Source of the DNA: Octopus sinensis
Taxonomy: Eukaryota
DNA: 64,000 bases
Assembly: GCF_006345805.1 (NCBI RefSeq)
Contig: NC_042997.1
Span: forward strand, 156,922,001-156,986,000
Reading direction: 5' to 3'
Within the stretch, counting starts at the first letter, position 1. Each line of letters starts with the position of its first letter. Position numbers and translations under genes: made by a program. Below the pieces are notes generated by a model, which was not told where the DNA came from, searched no databases, and worked only from the letters and a program-made list of their open reading frames with translations. Shown one piece after another: positions 53,417 to 64,000 of the stretch.

Positions 53417-54345
53417 CTGTGAAGAAGAGCAAAGAAATGGAGCAATGTTGAATACATATGAAAAAGAAATAAAAAAAAGAGCAACATCTCCCTCACTTTT
53501 AACTCATCAACATTACACTCCAGCTGATTCCTTAATTTTATCAATACCAATCCACATGAAAACCTATCATTATTTTAAGGAAGAACCTTTTTGTTAACTT
53601 ACACTTCAAACACCAGATTATTAGTGAAGAGGTTAGTTATTTTACATTACATAAAATGCACTTGTGCTGGTGCCATGTAGAATGCACTCATGTTGGTACC
53701 ACACAGAATGCATTTGTGCTGGTGTCATGTAAAATGCTCTAATGCTGGTAGCATGTAAAAGGCACCCAGTACACTCTGTAAAGTGGTTGGCATTAGGAAG
53801 GGTTTCCGCTGTAGAAACCATGCCAAACAGAGATTTGCAGCCTGGAGAATTCTCTGGCTGACTAGCATCTGTCAAACTCTCCAATCTATGCCAGTATGGA
53901 AAACAGATGTTAAACAATGATGAAGATGATTTTTACATTATTTCATCTTACCTACAACTGGAAATAGGATACCAGGAATTTCTGGGAAAGATACTTGTTC
54001 CGTGTATATATATCTATGTGGACATGCATGAAGGCACATGGCCTCGATTAAGGTATTGAACTCAAATCATAAAATTGTGGTTTTGATCCCCAGACTGGAT
54101 GATACATTGTGTTCTTGAGCAAAACACTTCATTTCACATTGCTCCAGTTCACTCAAATGAAAATAAGCACCAATGGTACCTGGAAATTAACCCAGCAACA
54201 GAATGTCATCCTGTTCAGAAGGTACTATTGTACTTTTGACCACTTACACATCATGGAAACTTGGACAAGTTCTGGCTTAATGAGGCTGTAAGCTTATAAC
54301 AAGTTAAAACCTAAGATTTATATATGCAGGATTGTCTCTTGTCTG

Positions 54346-54710
54346 CAGGGTGATTCAAAAGTTGCCATACATAGGAACAATTTATCTTCTTTATAAGAAA
54401 CAGATTATAAAAAGTTTTTTTTATTTAACAGGCTCTCTATATGGTTACCATTGTTTTGAATACACATTGCAATACATTTACCCCACTCATTGTGAATTCA
54501 TAATAGCACATCTGGTGTGCAAAGGAGTTGGTGATGTGTTCCTTCAAATCATTTATGCTTTTTATCTTTCCGCGATACACCATGCCTTTCAAATGCTCCC
54601 AAACATAGAAATCAAGAAGGGTTAGATCAGGGGATCTAGGGGATCTTATAAACTGTCTCTTATAAAAAAAATAAATTCTTCCTATGTATGGAGACTTTTG
54701 AATCACTCTG
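54346..54710 (-). mobile_element. Internally deleted Tc1/mariner-superfamily element (MITE-sized)
   Basis: ~52-bp imperfect TIRs (CAG(G/A)GTGATTCAAAAGT..CCATACATAGGAA), TA on the right flank. Retains RSPDLTLLDFYVWEHLKGMVY. Confidence 0.85.
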
Positions 54711-55119
54711 TACTTAAAACCTACACAAACAATATTGAATGTTGCCTTGCAATTCAAGAGAATTTAGAAAATAATTACTTTTAACTCTAAATGTATTAAC
54801 TTACAGAAATTTTCAACATGATATATCAGACATTATAAGTGCCAATTGAGATAGAACAGAGCAGTAGGTCTACAAATGGTATTCTTATGACATATCTGCT
54901 ATCTTATCATCGAACCAATTGCTTTTCTCTGCCTCAAAATGGTACATACAATGTCTCTCATATAACTTAATAGGGTAACTTTTAAGTTTAACAATAACAG
55001 ATGCTTTATTTTCTATAGAAGGTATATTATCGAGTATTATGACATTCTGTTTAATTGTTTCCTTATAGTTAATGAAGTGACACAAAATTTTCAGGACAGT
55101 AAAAAAAAGCTGGAACTAC

Positions 55120-55180
55120 CTTGAAAAGCTGCCTGCGACTGGGTAGGAAGAACAAAAGGAGCTGATAACATTTGCTGCAC
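55120..55180 (-). CDS. SLC26A11: SLC26A11-like exon D (61 nt, phase 1 to 2)
   Basis: Acceptor tttttcctttttcag, donor gtagtt. Encodes (G)AANVISSFCSSYPVAGSFS(R), the start of the TM10 GSFSR anion-binding motif. Confidence 0.96.
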
Positions 55181-55459
55181 CTGAAAAAGGAAAAAGAATT
55201 ATTTGAAGTAAAATTCATTGGTTTTTTTGACAGTACTTACTTTATTATAAGGGATGAGGGAAAATGAAAAGTTATGGCACTGAAGCCTTATTTCTATAGA
55301 AAATCAAAGCAATATTGAGGACTTGCCCGAAGATTACTTCATATACTGCCATGATCAGCTTTAGATCTTGGAATGAGTTTATTATTTACATATTTACATT
55401 TTCTAAACTTGTTTTTATTTATCTAGTGTTTATTTTTGATAAAAATTATGATGTTCTTT

Positions 55460-55840
55460 AATTTGTTTCAATCATTTGATTGTGGCCATGCTGGAGCACT
55501 GCCTTTAGTCAAACAAATTGACCTCATGACTTATTCTTTGTAAGCCTAGTACTTATTCTATTGGTCTCTTTTGCCAAGCTGCTAAGTTATGGGGATGTGA
55601 ACACACCAATATTGGTTGTCAAGCAATGGTGGGGGGACAAATACAGACACACAAACATACACACACACATATATATAATGGGCTTCTTTCAGTTTCCATC
55701 TATCAAATCCACTCACAACGCTTTAGTCGGCCCAAGGCTATAGTATAAGACACACTTGCTCAAGGTGCCATGCAGTGGGACTGAACCTGGAACCATGTGG
55801 TTGGTAAGCAAGCTACTTACCACACAGCCACTCCTGCACC
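55460..55840 (-). mobile_element. SINE family A copy
   Basis: Reverse-complement homology to family A. Confidence 0.88.
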
Positions 55841-56132
55841 TTGAATACTTTCAGTAAATATAATTCTATGCTTGATTTATTTGTATTTAATACATGCATA
55901 CATATACACACATCTGTATACACATATATCCCTACACCTATATATGTATTGCCGACAGGTACACACACATCTTTATGTGTATTCGTATGTGTAAATCTTT
56001 CATTATTGTATATTGGTCACAGATGTAAACATTGTTAAAAATAAATAAATAAATCAGCACAGTTGAACAAAAATACCTTGTGGTATTTGTTCATTTCAAG
56101 ATGCACAGTCTGTCGTCACTCTCACAATGGTA

Positions 56133-57504
56133 TGAGGTGCATTCCAGAAGTTTTGAAACTATTTTAGGAGCGGCAGTTATAAGTGTCCAAGAGTATTGTA
56201 ATATTAGTATGTAGCAGTACAAGCAGTCAGTGCCATATTGGATGAGATCTTTCGACAGCCATTGCCATATCCGAGACTGGAGCAAGACCTTACCTGCATC
56301 CATTTGCCATGCGCGAGATCACAACAAGGCTCGCGATGGCAAACTGTATATAAGGGCAAAACAGAAACAGATTCACTCTCTCTCTCTCTCTCTGCTTCTT
56401 CACAGCAGTGTTTGCTGAGCACACTTCACTGGCTTGGCCTGTCTGCATGTTGTACCTCCAGAGGCAATGTGCCCGCACTAATGGAGATACAACACCACAC
56501 ACACAGCTCAAGATGGTTGCTGAGAGCAATGCACTTCACCTGTTCTGTGAAACTTGTAAATAAACAAGTTGTAAATTGCATTTGCACTTAAAGACTTCTT
56601 TCTTCGCCTGCCAGAGCCTAAACTACACGAAGAACAAGATATAATGGGAGAAGGAGATATTCTCCCGATATCGTAAACCTCGCCTTCTATTATAAGCATG
56701 TCATTACTATATATCTAATAAGCTGACCTGCCAAACTTTTTATATTCCAGATTGAAAGAGAATGTTGTAACAGCACTTTGAACACACCCTACTAAGCACT
56801 GCTTGTCACAGCTGACTAGTTTACAGAATGTGCTCAGGACATGAACACAATTTGGATGTTCACTATGCAATAAAGTTTTGTGATAAACTAGGTTAAAACA
56901 CTACAGAAACTTATGAAATACTCCAGACTTCTTCTGGATTCATTTGTATGAGCCAAGCCTCTGTTTTTCACAGACATAAGAGGCCAGGTGAGGTAAATCA
57001 TAATGATACCCTTTTTTCTGACAGCAAGAGCATCATCTACATCCACTGGGTTACCTTTGATCAGACAGTCAACAAAGAGTACTTTGTAGAAGTTTTGAGA
57101 GAGTTCAAGAAGAGATTTCATCACAAAGGGCCAAAGCTTTCCCACTTGGGTCAATGGAACATGTATCAAGACAATGTATGAGTTCACAATTCCATTGTGG
57201 GCACCAACTACTTGACAGAGATGGCATCAAAACTGTTCCTCAACCTCCCAACAGTCCAGACCTTGCTCCCCATGACTTTTGGTTGTTCCTCAAACTGAAA
57301 AAATCTCAGGTGTGATCATTTTGAAAACACAGAGAAGATGGAGGCTGTTTCAAGGGTCCTGGACACCTTCAGCTTGGAGAACTTTCGTAGGGTCTTCACA
57401 ATGTGGCTGGAGTGCAGCAACATGTGTAATGAAGTTAGAAGATCCTTCTTTGAAATTAATAAATATCTCTCCTGCAAAAGTCTCAAAATTTCTGGAATGC
57501 ACCT
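56133..57504 (+). mobile_element. Decayed mariner element with TIRs
   Basis: TIRs (GAGGTGCATTCCAGAAGTTTTGA / TCAAAATTTCTGGAATGCACCT) and a TA flank. Transposase pieces TETYEIL...SVFHRHKR, DQTVNKEYFVEVLREFKKR and PPNSPDLAPHDFWLF. Confidence 0.85.
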
Positions 57505-57871
57505 AGGACTATCAACACTGTTGTTCACAAATTGCAAAAAAGAAAATGAGAAAACCAATCTTCCACAAGTCACACACTTCTGTCTTGTAGAAGAGGGTTA
57601 CATTACATAACACAGCTGTTGTTGCATTGTTTCAAAGAAATATGCAAAACGGTCATGGTTGGAATGCTTTTGATTATGGGTCTACCACATCAGGGTGACC
57701 TGATGTAAAATAAAAACAATTCTGGAAGAATAAAAGCAGTGGTGATTTGAACTTACAACAGAAAAGGCATCAAACTATAAACTGAAAAGTATATATACAT
57801 AGTCAGACACACTGCACCAGATCTACTAACAACAGTTTACATAGAATTCTATTGAAACTTATTGAACTTAC

Positions 57872-57922
57872 CTAAGGCAATGAATTCTTGAGTTGGATCA
57901 AGTTTATAATGATTTTTACGAG
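57872..57922 (-). CDS. SLC26A11: SLC26A11-like exon C (51 nt, phase 1 to 1)
   Basis: Acceptor ttttaattgcag, donor gtaagt. Encodes (A)RKNHYKLDPTQEFIAL(G), the SLC26 'D..QE..A.G' motif. Confidence 0.96.
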   Translation of the reverse strand, partial: LVKIIINLIQLKNSLP

Positions 57923-58198
57923 CTGCAATTAAAAATAATAATAATAATGATGATGATGACGATGGCTTCAAATTTTGGCACAAGACCAGTAATTTCAGGG
58001 GAGTAGAATTAATCAGTTACATCAACACCCATGTGTATATAACCCATGTTATATACTCATGTTGAGTATATAACACATGGAAGAAAAAGAAAATGGAATT
58101 CATGAGATTCTTTATTAGTCACTTCGATTGTAGTGATTAATAAAGAATCTTGTGAATTTATTTTCTCCTTTACTTATTTTATATATATATATATATTG

Positions 58199-58263
<65 letters not shown>

Positions 58264-58753
58264 TGTGTACAGTGCTCAGGTGCACTACAACTCATCTAAA
58301 GTGTATATATAATCAGGTGTAGTTTCGACGGATTTCGGGGTATGTGCATGGCTGTATGTATGTATGTATGTATGTATACTTACAAACATGTTTAACACAT
58401 GATTAGGAACTGTTATTTCTTTTAAACATCACATTTTAAAATGCTCAATTTATGTATTCAGAAAGTCTCATTGAGTATTGTATAATGTTTAGTAACTGTT
58501 GTTGCAGCAGCTGTACCATGGCTCTAAGCTGGTATTCGAATGTTTAAAACACAGAAATCTTTACCAAATTTCCAATAAAATTAGAGGAGACTATAGAAAA
58601 GATAGCGGTCATTACACTACCATTCAAAGCCAAATGAGTGTAGCTTACATTTTAATCCATTAATGATTATATTGCTAACAAGTAGACAACCCATGCATTT
58701 CAATTTATTTTAATATAATCAAGATATTTGGAAGGGTTTCAATATATATAGAT

Positions 58754-58813
<60 letters not shown>

Positions 58814-59267
58814 GTTAGTGTGTATGTGTTCCAGCACCCGCCCGCTTGCCCGTAGGTCGGTAATAGAATTTAAAAGACTAAATAGGTGAATTTAAACTGA
58901 CAAAAGACTGTGAATGGATTTACTGTTGATGTTTCAAGGGAGATAATTATATTAACTCCCCAGCAACGTTTTGAAACCGAGTGTCAATGATTACGTTGAC
59001 ATTTTTTTTGTATTTCTAAACTAAACACAGGCTTTGAAAAAAAAAGACATCATCAATGAATCGATTTATCTAGAGAGACCTTCTGAATGTATAACAATGG
59101 TTAAGCTAGTTCTTTACTTTGTTTATGCTATTACAACTTAGGTCAAACTACAATATTGTCTGATGTTTACATATTTATTAACGCAGTAAGCATCAATGAA
59201 AAGGCTAATTAAAACTAATTGTGCAGTGAGGTAAGACTTTCTGCATTTAGTGAAATGTATCATTTAT

Positions 59268-59622
59268 CTTTTATTTGCTTCAGTCATTAGATTGTGGCCA
59301 TACTGGGGCATTGCCTTTAAGAATTTTAGTCAAACGAATCAATTCTAGGACTTTAAAGCCTGGTGCTTATTCTATCAGTTTCTTCTGTCAAACTGCTAAA
59401 TAATGGGGATGTAAACACACCAACACCGGTTGTCAAGCGGTGGTGATAAACACACACACACACACTACTGGCTTCTTTCAGTTTCTGCCTACCAAATCCA
59501 CTCACAAGGCTTTGGTTGGCCTGAGACCTAGTAGAAGACACTTGCACAAGTTGCTATGCAATGGAACTGAACCCAGAACCATGTGGTTAGGAAGCAAGCT
59601 TTTTACTGCAGTCACATCTGCA
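59268..59622 (-). mobile_element. SINE family A copy (older)
   Basis: Reverse-complement homology to family A. Confidence 0.8.
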
Positions 59623-60396
59623 CTTAAATGAGAGAATAACTAAATAAATATACAAAAGGTGTCCAGTAATGTATAAATAAGTGGGCATGAAAAATGGCAT
59701 GTTTAAAAAATATACCTGTCTTATGTGAGCTAGTTTGTCTATTGTAACTATTGACTTCATTCCACTACACTGATAATACTAATATAGTTCTGTCACCATC
59801 TTTTTTTTTTTTTTGGTGATTATTACCATTAATTTTATATTTTGAGTTCTAATATTGCTGAGGTTAACTGTGACTTTCATCCCTCTAAGGTCAATAAATA
59901 TAATACCAGTCATGTGATGGGGGTCAATAGTATTGATTAACCTCCTCCTTCTAATTTTAAATCTTGTGCTTGTGCCAGAAACAGTTATTATCATTATTTT
60001 GAACAGAAGTTACTGTGTTTAGGAAATGCTATTGATAGGGTCCCTAGTAAAGATCACTCTACAGGACTCTATTGGCAAAACATCTGCAGTTTTTCTCTGT
60101 TTTGTGGCTATGGTCAAGGTAGTTGTACAGGTAGATGTGTTTGAAAGGTTTTAGAGCAGCTCTCTATCAGTCTGATCAACTCCTCATTAACTTCTTAAAA
60201 AATAACTTGAAGCATAAGGTGTGAATGGAGTAACAGATACTGCCTTTGAGCAAATTTGATGAAAAATGTATCCAAGTTGTACAATCAGTGATACTTGAAT
60301 TCAGTTTGTAGGTCTGTATTCAGAAGAGATAGGAAGGAGGACCTGAAGTAGAATCTAAGAGGTATAATGGTATACCCTGATCCTTTCTATCTACAT

Positions 60397-60646
60397 CAAT
60401 GTTTCTCAACCATTTTTTACCTATAGACCCCTTTGATTCTTATTTTACTTGGGTGGATCCTCCTGGCCATTCAATGCTTAACAAGTCGTATATTTTTTAC
60501 ATTTAATTATTAAGAATTGTATAAGAAAAATTGATAAAATATTTTGTGTATTGTAAAATTATAACTGATTTATTGCAGATAAGTTTTAACAATAAAATAT
60601 TATAAGGATCCCCAAGGGCAGTATAGTCCCTGGTTGAGAACCACTG
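60397..60646. mobile_element. hAT MITE
   Basis: TIRs CAATGTTTCTCAACC / GGTTGAGAACCACTG; TSD ATCTACAT / AACTACAT (7 of 8). Confidence 0.8.
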
Positions 60647-61139
60647 AACTACATGGTGGTGGTGGTTTCTCATACTCCCTTTATAGATAGGCTACTTTTG
60701 TTATACTTTTATATCTTTAGTTTTTATCCCCTTTTTCACGTTGTATAATTTTTTTTTGCTTTTTTCTTGCTTTTGCAATTGTATCTTGAGGAGTCACCTG
60801 GACACCGTATCATCACTATTTATCTCCTTGCAGCTCCACCTGACCATTCTCATCTACTCTTCTAAATGTGAGTGGCCATGCTCTGTCTCCCTTTTCTCAT
60901 ACTTTAACCATTTATCTCCTAGCATAAAGCCAACACCCACTTCCCACTCAGGGTCCATAAACTCACTAGTGCTAGTGGCACAAAAAAAAAAAACACCCAG
61001 TACACACTATAAAGTGGTCGGTGTTAGGAAGGGCACCCAGCCATAGAAACCATGTCAAAGCAGATACTGAAGGATGAGGCAGTGCTTGGGTTAATTGGAT
61101 ATGGTAAAACTATCCAACTCAAGTTAACATGGAGCTTAA

Positions 61140-61538
61140 TCCTTTAGCATTTAAACCAGCCATATCCCACTAAAATAATATACCTGTTTTATCTTCAAAC
61201 TGGCCATATCTGATCTCTCACACTTACCCTACAATAGTATTCTTAAAATAAACACCTGGTGTCACGCAAAGGGCACCTATGCTGGTGGCATGTAAAAGCA
61301 CCCATTGCATTCTCAGAGTGGTTGGCATTAGGAAGGGCATCCAGCAGTAGAAAACCATGCCAAATCAGACTGGAGTCTAGGGCAGCCTTCCAGCTTACTA
61401 GCCCTAGTCAAACCAGGTGTTAAATGATGATGATGACATTATTGAAATCTCAAAGCTACAAAGTAATGTAGGACTATTTCATATGAATGTGAATTAAATA
61501 AGCATTACATTTGAGAAAGTAATTTGAATGCTAAACGG
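61140..61538. mobile_element. TTAA-type MITE copy carrying an RTE-tail insertion (~61256-61436)
   Basis: TTAA|TCCTTTAGCATTT...AATGCTAAACGG; internal RTE 3' tail ending in (GAT)n. Confidence 0.7.
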
Positions 61539-61721
61539 CTAAATGATGATGATAATGATACAATCACCGTGTTTTTTTGAAATCCCTTTTGTGTATTATA
61601 CAGAAGTTTTGTACTATACAGAAGTCCCTTGTGGCTAATATAGTGGCTGTTATAATGCTCATCATTACTTTTACTCCATAAACATTATTTACATTTCTAA
61701 GAAAATAGTTTAAACTCTTAC

Positions 61722-61794
61722 CAAATGCTTTTCCAATTGCAATAGTTTCAAGAATTCCAAGAATTGGTATAATAATGAACCCTGGTCCAATATC
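61722..61794 (-). CDS. SLC26A11: SLC26A11-like exon B (73 nt, phase 0 to 1)
   Basis: Acceptor tctctttcag, donor gtaaga. Encodes DIGPGFIIIPILGILETIAIGKAF (TM8; compare DMGAGLAVVPLMGLLESIAVAKAF). Confidence 0.96.
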
Positions 61795-61989
61795 CTGAAA
61801 GAGATAAACAATAATAGCAGTCAGCCAAAGATCACTGTTCATAAGTGTGAGAACAAAATTTGGTTAAGGGGTGCAAATCAAGGCCCAACCCAAGAGGTTC
61901 AAAGTGCTTTTATTGACCTCCATCTAAAATAAGATTTTAGTGGGTGCACCTGCATCTCCTGCACCTCCTGTTCCCAAGCCTATGTCACT

Positions 61990-62300
61990 GCTGTTCAGTA
62001 TTAATTCTCGTTGCTCTTTTCAAGCCTAGCCAGGCTCATGGGCCTGGTTTCCTGGTTTCTGTGGCGTATGTCCCCCCCCCCCCAGCTGAATGGGACGCCA
62101 GTCCATTGCAGCGTTACTCAAGAAACAGGAAGAAAGTATGATAGAAAGTTGTGGCGAAAGAGTATAACAGGGGTCGCCACCACCCCCTGTCGGAGCCTCG
62201 TGAAGCTTTTAAGTGTTTTTGCTCAATAGACACATGCAACGCCCAGTCTGGGAATCGAAACTGTGATCCTCCGACCACGAGTCCACTGCCCTAACCACTG
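61990..62300 (-). mobile_element. SINE family C copy
   Basis: Reverse-complement homology to 45837-46150. Confidence 0.82.
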
Positions 62301-62531
62301 CCCCAGTATTAATATTTAATTGTTAATATTCAGTATTAATATTTAATTATTTATGTTATTAAATGTAAGAACTTCAACTGAGTGAAAATTACATGAAATA
62401 TTTTAAATTTTTGTTTAGAAAAAAACATGCAACAAAAATAAGAATTTAGAAACTTGAAGAACATGAAATAATTATGTTTTGGAAGAGTGAATCTTGAAGC
62501 AATTAAACCTCTAAATATTGCATCTCATAAT

Positions 62532-62748
62532 TGATTTCAAATTTTGGCACAAGGCCAGTGGTTTCAGGAGAGGAGGTAAGTTGATTACATCGACCCCAGT
62601 ACTCAACTGGTACTTATTTTATCGACCCCAAATGGATGAAAGGCAAAGTCAACTCTAGTAGCATTTGAACTCAGAATGCAAAGTCAGAAGAAATACCACT
62701 AAGCATTTTGCCTGGAATGATAATGGTTCTGTCAGCTTGCTGCCTTAA
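62532..62748 (-). mobile_element. SINE family B copy
   Basis: Reverse-complement homology. Confidence 0.8.
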
Positions 62749-63008
62749 AGCATCTAAATATTGGGTTAAAAAAAAACATTTCAATAGAAAACATCTAAGG
62801 CTGCTGGCAGGATTTGAACCCACACCTCCTGTAATGTAGAACCTTTGTCATGTTTACAGGAGATGTCCAACCTCGGGCAGCTATAGACTGTTTCTATCCA
62901 AATGTCTTTTTTTTTTTTTTAAACTCAGTATTTACATTCTAGTATTTATAGATTTAACTATTTCAAGACTCACTTATCCAAAAAAAAAATTATGCAACAA
63001 AATCTTAC

Positions 63009-63190
63009 AGAGAGAATTTCTGATGTGGATCGAGTGACATTCTTGGTATGGATTGAAAAATCTGGGATTCTGAAAGGTGGCAGTCCTTCTTGAATGTCAT
63101 TGGTGAGAGTAAATATATTTTTGTCTGGATTTTGACTTATTACTGCATAAGATATTGCTGAAGCTGATATTACTATGACTGCATTTGCAG
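63009..63190 (-). CDS. SLC26A11: SLC26A11-like anion transporter, exon A (first in window; 182 nt, phase 1 to 0)
   Basis: Acceptor ttctttaattttag, donor gtaaga. Encodes (x)ANAVIVISASAISYAVISQNPDKNIFTLTNDIQEGLPPFRIPDFSIHTKNVTRSTSEILS, matching the ARNA...GLPP.RIP.FS segment of SLC26A11, with an NVT sequon. Absent from the ORF track because it has no start codon. Confidence 0.93.
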
Positions 63191-63291
63191 CTAAAATTAA
63201 AGAAGAAAGTAATTTTGGTTTTAATGCAAATTCTAGTCTTAAATCATGTTCTTTTTTTATCTTCTATAATTTCATTCATATCTAGGATGCA

Positions 63292-63595
63292 TGACATCAT
63301 CATCATTATTTTCATCGTTTAACATCTGCTTTCCATGCTAGCATGGGTTGGATGATTTGACTGAGGACTGGCGAACCAGATGGCTGCACCAGGTTCCAAT
63401 CTTGATCTGACAGAGTTTCTACAGCTGGATGCCCTTCCTAATGCCAACCACTCCGAGAGTGTAGTGGGTGCTTTTACATGCCACCTGCATGAGGGCCAGT
63501 CAGACGGTACTGGCAACGGCCATGCTCAAATGGTGTTTTTTACGTGCCACCTGCACGGGAGCCAGTCCAGCGGCACGGGCAACGACCGTGAATCT
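63292..63595 (-). mobile_element. RTE 3'-tail fragment
   Basis: Same tail; lies about 100 bp upstream of the exon A acceptor. Confidence 0.82.
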
Positions 63596-63696
63596 AAGCA
63601 GCAGTGAACATCCCTCATTTATTCAGGCTATGGATTATATCATCCAGAGCAATATTTGTGGATATAAAATGTTGATATGCTCATCATCGTTGTTGT

Positions 63697-63835
63697 CTTT
63701 TACTTCCTCTAAGCGATCGGGTTCAGTCGTCTTCTCTAGGCCGTCAGAAAACGCACTGACGACGACACGGAATGCCGCTGTGCATAAGCGAACTCGTCAG
63801 CCAGATCCGAGGACCTTACTGGACCGTTTGATCGA

Positions 63836-63871
<36 letters not shown>

Positions 63872-64000
63872 ATGATCGATGCGGGCTGATTACCTGCACC
63901 TACCGGGAATACCTCGTTCACGGAGTTGGTTCCAGGCCCCGATCCCAATCACGGGAGGTGGTTCAGAGGTTTCCTGACCCTCTCAGGCCGGGGAAGATGT
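63697..64000 (-). pseudogene. 18S rRNA 3'-region fragment (3'-truncated, intronic; runs off the window edge)
   Basis: The minus strand reads TGAACGAGGTATTCCC...GTCCCTGCCCTTTGTACACACCGCCCGTCGCTACT...TTAGAGGAAGTAAAAG (universal SSU motifs). Homology stops at 63697, before TCGTAACAAGG and helix 45. Confidence 0.9.

Overview
AT-rich, microsatellite- and SINE-dense animal genomic DNA, most likely an octopus (coleoid cephalopod). This is inferred from the repeat landscape and a divergent 18S fragment. The whole window lies inside one minus-strand gene, an SLC26A11-like sulfate/anion transporter. I reconstructed seven phase-consistent GT-AG exons (63190-63009, 61794-61722, 57922-57872, 55180-55120, 53416-53361, 18733-18593, 2709-2651; 623 nt). 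They cover the membrane domain from the ANA/GLPP loop through the GSFSRTA motif to the last TM helices; the N-terminus and STAS domain lie outside the window. Introns run from 1.2 to 34.6 kb. They hold a full-length but decayed RTE LINE that ends 40 bp from a splice donor, many RTE 3'-tail fragments, three tRNA-derived SINE families, mariner/Tc1 relics, hAT and TTAA MITEs, three non-autonomous Helitrons, a Tx1/L1-like 3' end inserted in a SINE head, and a 3'-truncated 18S rRNA copy. The most system-like observation is a set of about five distinct short repeat families. Each carries a minimal type-I hammerhead-ribozyme motif of the Penelope-element kind (some with variant cores), and most sit in inverted fold-back arrangements inside the pre-mRNA. 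Most ORFs in the supplied track are microsatellite artefacts. SINE and fragment boundaries are approximate.
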